DNA of 32,000 nt from Bacillota bacterium. GTDB lineage: Bacteria; Bacillota; DTU025; MWDF01. The stretch covers positions 5,552-37,551 of the forward strand of contig JAKQNF010000036.1 in the NCBI GenBank assembly GCA_029565935.1. Direction: 5' to 3'. Below are positions 26,409 to 32,000 of the stretch, one piece after another. The notes under the pieces were generated by a model. That model had not been told where the DNA came from. It ran no database searches and worked only from the letters and a program-made list of their open reading frames with translations. A program made the translations under genes and the position numbers. How positions within the stretch are numbered: position 1 is the stretch's first letter; every line of letters begins with the position of its first letter.

Positions 26409-27077
26409 ATGATGTCTAGGACCTTGATCAGGCTGATGTCCGTGGCGATGCTCGCCGCAATAGTGCTGGCGGCAGGTACCGTATCGGCCGCGAAGCAAGT
26501 GACCATCACCGCGACGCGCAAGCTGAACTACCAGGGCGCCAAGGGCGACGCCATGGTGGAGGGCAACGTGCGGATAGAGTACGGCTCGACCATCATAAAC
26601 GCCGAGAAGGTGCTCTTCAACAGCGACACGAAGACCGCTAAGGTGGACGGCGGAGTCCGGATCGCCCAGGACAACATAGTGATAACGGCCGACAAGATGG
26701 ACGCCGATTTCAAGAACGACAAGGTGAAGGTCAGCGGCAACGTGAAGCTTGAGCTCACCGAGACGCTCACTGAGATGGACGAGGCCGGCAAGCCCAAGAA
26801 GGACGTGGTGGTGCTGCTGACGTCCAGCATGGAGATAGACATCAACACCAACGACTTCAAGGCCACGGGCGGTGTCACGATAACAAAGAATAAGCAGAAG
26901 GTCCAGGCGGGCGAGGCGGCGTACGTCGACGCCGAGAAGAAGATGACCCTGATCACAGGCGTGATGATAGAGACCGAGGATGGGGACACCGTCAAGTCCG
27001 AAAAGGCGGTAGTATACACCGACAAGGAAGCCTTCGAGGCAGAGGGCGAGAAGATAGAGATCAACTTTACGGTCTAG
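26409..27077 (+). CDS. lptA: LptA-like periplasmic LPS-transport protein (OstA-N domain)
   Basis: 222 aa. Signal peptide LMSVAMLAAIVLAAGTVSA. OstA-like pattern ITATRKLNYQGAKGDAMVEGNVRIEYGSTIINAEKVLF...VSGNVKL...ATGGVTITKNKQKVQAGEAAY. Position is between the lptC-like gene and lptB. Confidence 0.7.
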   Translation: MMSRTLIRLMSVAMLAAIVLAAGTVSAAKQVTITATRKLNYQGAKGDAMVEGNVRIEYGSTIINAEKVLFNSDTKTAKVDGGVRIAQDNIVITADKMDADFKNDKVKVSGNVKLELTETLTEMDEAGKPKKDVVVLLTSSMEIDINTNDFKATGGVTITKNKQKVQAGEAAYVDAEKKMTLITGVMIETEDGDTVKSEKAVVYTDKEAFEAEGEKIEINFTV

Positions 27078-27093
27078 GCAGGCGGGGGAAGGA

Positions 27094-27813
27094 ATGGGCA
27101 TAAGGGCTACCAATCTTACCAAGTCGTTCTCCGGGCGCACCGTCGTCAACGGGGTCGACCTGGAGCTCGAAAGGGGCGAGGTGGTCGGGCTGTTCGGGCC
27201 GAACGGGGCCGGCAAGACGACGACTTTCTACATGCTCCTGGGCCTCGAAGCGCCCGATTCGGGGACCATCCAGGTGGACGGCACCGATGCCACGTACCTT
27301 CCAGTGCACATGAGGGCGCAGCTGGGCATAGGCTACCTCGCTCAGGAGCCGTCGATCTTCAGGCGCATGAGCGTGGAGTCGAACGTCGCCTCCGTGCTAG
27401 AGACGATGAAGCTCGCCAAAAGGCAGGTCACGGAGAAGACGGCGGAGCTGATGGAGGCGTTCAACCTCACCGGGATAAGGAAGCAGATGGGCTATACGCT
27501 ATCGGGAGGGGAGCGCAGGAGGGTCGAGATAGCGAGGGCCGTGGCCACATCCCCGTCCTATCTGCTGCTGGACGAGCCGTTCACGGGGGTAGACCCGCTG
27601 GCCGTCCTGGAGATCCAGGGGATTGTCAGGAAGCTCAGCTCAAAGGGCCTGGGGATATTGATCACCGACCATAACGTGAGGGACACCATGGCCATAACCA
27701 ACAGAGGGTATATAATGTATACGGGCAACATCCTGGTTTCGGGCACCCCGGGGCAGATAGCGCAGGACCCGCTGGCCAGGAGGTTCTACCTGGGCGACGC
27801 ATTCGATCTTTGA
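27094..27813 (+). CDS. lptB: LPS export ABC transporter ATP-binding protein LptB
   Basis: 239 aa. Walker A GPNGAGKTT, Q-loop YLAQE, signature LSGGERRRVEIARA, Walker B LLLDEPFTGVDP, H-loop ITDHNV, C-terminal ARRFYLGDAF typical of LptB. Confidence 0.95.
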   Translation: MGIRATNLTKSFSGRTVVNGVDLELERGEVVGLFGPNGAGKTTTFYMLLGLEAPDSGTIQVDGTDATYLPVHMRAQLGIGYLAQEPSIFRRMSVESNVASVLETMKLAKRQVTEKTAELMEAFNLTGIRKQMGYTLSGGERRRVEIARAVATSPSYLLLDEPFTGVDPLAVLEIQGIVRKLSSKGLGILITDHNVRDTMAITNRGYIMYTGNILVSGTPGQIAQDPLARRFYLGDAFDL

Positions 27814-27826
27814 TACGGAGGTCCCA

Positions 27827-29167
27827 TTGAGCGGAATCTTACTTATCGCAATACTGGCCATCGTAGGCGGCCTCGTCGCCATAGTCGGCGACAGGATAGG
27901 CATGCGCGTAGGCCGTAAACGCCTCACCCTCTTCGGCATAAGGCCGAAATACACCTCGATAATAATCACGTTCCTAACGGGAGTGCTCGTAGTCGCCCTA
28001 ACGGTCGTCACCTTGTCGCTCCTGTCTGAGAACGTCAGGATCGCCCTCTTCAAGATAGAGGAACTAAGAGGCGACCTGGAGCAGACCGCATCGGCGCTAG
28101 AGGACACCAAGAAGGAACTGTCCGACAAGATGAGCGAGGCGGACGAGCTGACCGTGAAGGTGCAGAGCATAGGCTCTCAGTACGAATCGCTCAAAGCCGA
28201 CTACAACGCCATAATGGCCCAGCTGAGCAAGGCCAACACCGAGAAGACCGTCACCGCAAGGCAGCTGGAGGAGCTCAAGAAGGGCCTTTCGGACATACAA
28301 GGCAAGCTCTCGGCCACCGAAGAACGGCTTTTAGTGGCTAGCCGGCAGGTTCAGGAATCAGGTCTGCTGCTCAAGGAACAGCAGGGCGAGATTACCAAAT
28401 TATCCGATGAGAGGCTAAATCTGGAGAGCAACATATCCGAGCTCCAAGATACCAGGAACACGCTGAACGAAGAGGTCGCCTACCTGGAAGAACAGCTCAA
28501 CCAGCTCATCCAGACGAGCATGCTGCTGATAGAGAGCAAGCAAGCCTCCATGACCATGCAGGTGATATTCTACGCGGACCAGACCATCCTCGGCTCGGCG
28601 ATAGACTGCTCACAGCCGATAGAATCGATACACCAGCAGATCAACGACTTCCTGATCAGGGTCAACGACATAGCCAAGACGAAAGGCGCAGGAGAAGTCG
28701 CAGGCCGCCAGGACGGATCGGCTCTCAACTTCGACGAGGACAACGTCCTGAACGCCTTCCAGAAAGTATATTCGTCGAAGGGCAAGGTGATAATGAGGGC
28801 CGTCTCGCCGGTCAACAGCTGGTTGGGGGAGCCGCTCTGGGTGTCGCTGCACGTTTTCGAGGACGAGCTGGTCTTCTTCAAGGGCCAGGTCATCGCCAGC
28901 CAGACGATAGACGGCTCCATGAGCGCCGACAAGGTGCAGTTCGAGATAATCAGGCTGATCGAGGAGGTCAACGCCATAGGCCTGGCAAAGGGCATGGTAA
29001 GCGACGAGGAAGGCAGGATAGGCACCTTTATAAAGGCCTTGCAGTTCACAGATGCGATAATAAAGGTCCTAGAGGCCGGGACCAAGGTCAGGGTGGACGT
29101 AATCGCCGAGCGGGACATATACCGGAGCGAAAGCCAGCCTACCATGACTTTGTCCGTCGCCTTATAA
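27827..29167 (+). CDS. DUF3084-like inner-membrane protein: two TM helices, ~165-aa coiled coil, C-terminal globular domain
   Basis: 446 aa. TTG start with GGAGG at 27817-27821. The N-terminus ILLIAILAIVGGLVAIVGDRIGMRVGRKRLTLFGIRPKYTSIIITFLTGVLVV matches my memory of the DUF3084 signature (GDRIG..GK.RL.LF.LRP). Heptad-rich stretch from ~res 70 to 235; unrecognised C-terminal ~210 aa. Confidence 0.6.
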   Translation: MSGILLIAILAIVGGLVAIVGDRIGMRVGRKRLTLFGIRPKYTSIIITFLTGVLVVALTVVTLSLLSENVRIALFKIEELRGDLEQTASALEDTKKELSDKMSEADELTVKVQSIGSQYESLKADYNAIMAQLSKANTEKTVTARQLEELKKGLSDIQGKLSATEERLLVASRQVQESGLLLKEQQGEITKLSDERLNLESNISELQDTRNTLNEEVAYLEEQLNQLIQTSMLLIESKQASMTMQVIFYADQTILGSAIDCSQPIESIHQQINDFLIRVNDIAKTKGAGEVAGRQDGSALNFDEDNVLNAFQKVYSSKGKVIMRAVSPVNSWLGEPLWVSLHVFEDELVFFKGQVIASQTIDGSMSADKVQFEIIRLIEEVNAIGLAKGMVSDEEGRIGTFIKALQFTDAIIKVLEAGTKVRVDVIAERDIYRSESQPTMTLSVAL

Positions 29168-29201
29168 ACCGGTCAGTAACATGGCCCATTTATCTGCGAG
29201 C

Positions 29202-29231
29202 TTGATAAAAACACGCAAATAGATGTATAAA
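29202..29231 (+). promoter_or_regulatory. Candidate sigma70 promoter for the OmpM-like gene, implying a ~190-nt leader
   Basis: TTGATA (29202-29207), 17-nt spacer to GTATAA (29225-29230) or 18-nt spacer to TATAAA (29226-29231). It sits in a 261-bp AT/purine-rich gap. SD AAGGGGGG at 29412-29419 precedes ATG 29429. Confidence 0.45.
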
Positions 29232-29428
29232 AGAAGAAGGATTACTGGCTTAATTGAAGAAAAGATAAAGGAAGAACCCGTAAGAAGACCAAGCCCTAGG
29301 TAGTCATGGAATCAGAATGTCTAAAGAGGGCATAAAACCTGACATCTTTGAAGGCAACAAGGTCACTTCAAAGGCTGGACGGTTTTAGGTTTGGCAGTTA
29401 TCAACAAAGCCAAGGGGGGTAAGAACAC

Positions 29429-32000
29429 ATGAAGAGAACCGTAGCCATGCTAATTGCGGTTCTGATTGCCATGGCGGTAGTGATGCCTGCGATGGCAAGC
29501 CCTTACCCGGACGTTTCGGATCTTCATTGGGCGTCCGAATCGGTAAGGACACTGACCGCACTGGGCATCTTGGAAGGCTACCCCGACGGGACCTTCAAAG
29601 GCCCGCAGCCTACCACCAGGTATGAGATTGCAGTCATGATAGCCAGGCTGCTTAAGTACTTGGATCAGCAGATCACCGCACGCGTAGCGGAAGTAGAGAA
29701 GAAGATACCTACTGCAGCCGAACCGGCTCCCGTTACCACCCCTACTCCCGTACCTACACCGGCGCCTGTGACCACGGTAGTCCAGGTCGAACCAGACCAG
29801 ACTATACTAGAGACCATAATCAGGGAGAAGATAGAAGCGCTGGTGGGTCCGAAGCTCGAGGACATCGACGAGAGGATAGCCGAGCTATATGCGATGATCC
29901 AAGACCTTAGGACCGAGTTCTCCCGCGAGATATCGATCCTTGGAGTGCGCGTCGATGCCCTCGACGAGCAGCTTAAGCAGCTAGCCGCCAAGGTCGCCAA
30001 GAACGAGGCGGACATAGCGGCGCTGAAACTCCAGCTCGATCCGGCAATCGCAAGGATAGCGGGCCTCGAGAAGAGGACCGATGCCATCGAGAAGGAGTTG
30101 GCGAACCTCAACGCAGGACTGACGAAGATCGCGACAGTACAGCCTGGGCAGCCGGCTCCGGTGGTAACGACCACACAGCCCGCGCCGATAATCACGACCG
30201 TACTGGAAGGCGCGACCCAGGCAGAGCTGGACGCCGTCAAGAAGATGGTCCTCACCCTTGAGAAGGACAAGGTCGACGTGCTCTCCTCGAAGCTGGGAGT
30301 GCTTGATTCGAAGGTATTGGCGCTCGAGTCGAAGCTCAACAACACCGATACGATGATCGGCATGCTCGAGCTCAGGACGAGCGAGATCGAGACCTGGGTG
30401 TCCAAGGTAGGAAAGGACGTCGAGGTCGTTTCCAAGCAGGCCGAACAGAACGCGACCGACATAATCGACCTGTACGAGCTGAACTACAAGAACGCCGACG
30501 ACATCAACGCCCTTAAGGCGGAGATGGCAGCCAAGTTCGCGGCGATAGAAGACACGATGAGCAAGCACGGCGACGTGCTCGCCGCAGAGACCGGCATCAA
30601 CAAGGAAGGCCTCGCCCTCCTTAGGCTGGACCTGCTACAGGCACAAGACGACATAGACGCGCTCAAGCCGCTGGTCGACCAGGTCAATTACCTGTACAGC
30701 TGCTGCGACGCGGTCAACGTCAAGCTAGAAGCGCTCGATGAGAAGGTCGCGATGCTCAACATGGACCTCGTAGCCCTCGAAAGCGAGAAGGTAGACAATG
30801 CCATGCTGAGGATAGAGCTTCTCGAGCCCCAGGTGGCCGACCTGTTGGAGAAATACGGGGCGCTGGCGGCACAGGTCCAGGGCAACTCCGATGACATCAA
30901 TGACCTGTACATCCAGCAGAACCACACTACCAACGTAATGAACAACCTCGTGGCGGCGGACGCGGCCATGAACGAAAGGGTATCCAAGCTCGAAGCCGAG
31001 AACAAGATAAAGGCGGACGAGCTGAGCGCAAAGGTCGCGGCCCTCGAAGCGGCGGCCAAGGACAGCGCCTCTGAAGCCCTCAGCCTCAAGAGCGGCCTGA
31101 TGGGACTTTCCGACACCCTGTCCAAGCTATGGGTCAACAAGTTCCTGCTCTCCGGGACGCTTCTCTTGGAGTTCAAGGACGTGGCGGTCCAGTACGGAAC
31201 CCCGTTCGTCGATCCGTTCGACAACTCTGACCCGCTAGATGCGATCACACCGACTAACAAGTACTACGCCAAGCTCTCGCTCACAGGCACGATCAAGCCC
31301 GAGCCCGGCGTGGAGATCAACGTCGGCATCAACGCGGATCTCGACACCTACGGCATAACCGATGCGAGCGCATACGTATACAGCGGCGACGTCGACATCA
31401 AGGTAACCGGGCCCAACGGCTCGGGCCAGCTGCTCGGCGGAGAGCTCACCAGGCCCAATTACATCGGCAAGTACGTGATGTCCGCGCTCAAGTTCAAGGA
31501 CACCAAGTACGAAGGCCTTGAGGGCTGGATGAAGTACACCCCCGAGCTCATGGACAACATGACGCTGGGCGCGTCGGCGATACTGGGCAAGCTCGGCTCC
31601 TCGACCGACTTCAACTATGTCTGGGGCCTCGCCGGCAACGCCAACTACGCCGATGTGGTAGACCTTACGCTCTACTACCTGGCGATAGACGACAGGCCGT
31701 TCTCCGGTGATAGCACCGTGACCTACAGCGAGAAGAACATAGGCGTCAACCTCGACCTCAAGCTGTCCGACACCTGGAAGGCCGGAGCATTCGCCAACGT
31801 GCTGCTCGCGACGGGCCTGCCGCTTCCCGAGAGCGCGGTAACCGCGTACATCGAGGGCAAGACGGGAGTCTGGAACACCAGCGTGAACTTCGAGCGTTTG
31901 GGCGCAAACTATGCACCGAAATTCGTAGAGTTCACAGATGACGATGATCCTGACATGATCGAGAACGACATAATGAACTTAGAAGTCAAGAACAGCATCG
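29429..32000 (+). CDS. OmpM/SlpA-like outer-membrane-to-peptidoglycan tether: signal peptide, SLH domain, ~440-aa coiled-coil stalk, beta-barrel (3' end beyond the window)
   Basis: Absent from the ORF track because no stop is reached; I translated 29429-31999 by hand and found no in-frame stop. Signal peptide MKRTVAMLIAVLIAMAVVMPAMA. SLH motif YPDVSDLHWASESVRTLTALGILEGYPDGTFKGPQPTTRYEIAVMIARLL. PT-rich spacers at 29708-29775 and 30140-30199. Heptad-rich sequence runs ~29790-31125. From ~31130 the sequence has an alternating beta-strand character (KFLLSGTLLLEFKDVAVQYG..., YYAKLSLTGTIKPEPGVEINVGINADL). Confidence 0.8.
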   Translation, partial: MKRTVAMLIAVLIAMAVVMPAMASPYPDVSDLHWASESVRTLTALGILEGYPDGTFKGPQPTTRYEIAVMIARLLKYLDQQITARVAEVEKKIPTAAEPAPVTTPTPVPTPAPVTTVVQVEPDQTILETIIREKIEALVGPKLEDIDERIAELYAMIQDLRTEFSREISILGVRVDALDEQLKQLAAKVAKNEADIAALKLQLDPAIARIAGLEKRTDAIEKELANLNAGLTKIATVQPGQPAPVVTTTQPAPIITTVLEGATQAELDAVKKMVLTLEKDKVDVLSSKLGVLDSKVLALESKLNNTDTMIGMLELRTSEIETWVSKVGKDVEVVSKQAEQNATDIIDLYELNYKNADDINALKAEMAAKFAAIEDTMSKHGDVLAAETGINKEGLALLRLDLLQAQDDIDALKPLVDQVNYLYSCCDAVNVKLEALDEKVAMLNMDLVALESEKVDNAMLRIELLEPQVADLLEKYGALAAQVQGNSDDINDLYIQQNHTTNVMNNLVAADAAMNERVSKLEAENKIKADELSAKVAALEAAAKDSASEALSLKSGLMGLSDTLSKLWVNKFLLSGTLLLEFKDVAVQYGTPFVDPFDNSDPLDAITPTNKYYAKLSLTGTIKPEPGVEINVGINADLDTYGITDASAYVYSGDVDIKVTGPNGSGQLLGGELTRPNYIGKYVMSALKFKDTKYEGLEGWMKYTPELMDNMTLGASAILGKLGSSTDFNYVWGLAGNANYADVVDLTLYYLAIDDRPFSGDSTVTYSEKNIGVNLDLKLSDTWKAGAFANVLLATGLPLPESAVTAYIEGKTGVWNTSVNFERLGANYAPKFVEFTDDDDPDMIENDIMNLEVKNSI

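Noticed and set aside
26391-27215. 274-aa ORF on the minus strand
   Set aside because: It is antisense to lptA and the start of lptB. There is no signal, motif or RBS, and the + strand genes have clear SDs, signal peptides and family motifs.
29181-29335. Two tiny ORFs (14 codons at 29181-29222; 10 codons at 29306-29335) in the gap before the OmpM-like gene
   Set aside because: Neither has a convincing SD. The first lies upstream of the predicted TSS, and both are too short and featureless to claim as leader peptides.
29665-31260. Series of minus-strand ORFs (265, 195, 67, 190, 66 aa), the only ORF-track entries in this region
   Set aside because: They are Ser/Ala/Thr-rich translations with no motifs. 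The opposite strand carries a 2.57-kb open frame with SD, signal peptide, SLH domain and coiled coil, and that frame is the real gene.
1-32000. Search for mobile elements, integrases, toxin-antitoxin or defence-system genes, CRISPR arrays, rRNA and tRNA
   Set aside because: Nothing of the kind could be supported. Every sizeable ORF with coding character is accounted for by housekeeping, surface or OM-biogenesis functions, and the non-coding gaps are short.

Overview
Bacterial chromosomal window in which every gene I can support lies on the + strand: about 25 CDS with short or overlapping junctions and only five AT-rich gaps. GC looks roughly 55-60% by eye (not computed), with a strong preference for ATA (Ile), AGG (Arg) and AAG (Lys). 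There are three blocks. (1) 1-7071: surface-protein genes flanking asnS. These are a 5'-truncated PEGA-domain protein and a ~1570-aa secreted giant (TPR + Ig-like/FN3-like repeats + discoidin-like domain) that carries a 2 x 663-bp internal tandem duplication. (2) 7150-18360: a Firmicutes-style housekeeping run of rlmI-like, rpmE, tdk, DUF1385, prfA, prmC, sua5/tsaC, an rpiB-upp fusion ORF, dCMP deaminase, a WecA/TagO-family GT4, wecB/mnaA and murA. (3) 18365 to the window end: an outer-membrane biogenesis and tethering cluster. It holds a SpoIVB-like S55 peptidase, a short BamA, Skp/OmpH, one 1079-codon ORF joining an LptF/G permease to an LptD-like protein through an internal signal peptide, LptC-like, LptA-like, LptB, a DUF3084-like inner-membrane coiled-coil protein, and an SLH + very long coiled coil + beta-barrel OmpM/SlpA-like protein. 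That last gene runs off the window and is therefore missing from the ORF track. The combination suggests a diderm member of the Terrabacteria or Bacillota-like lineages, but taxonomy cannot be settled from this window. I saw no rRNA, tRNA, CRISPR, transposase or integrase. All functional calls rest on motif recognition by eye; no searches were run.
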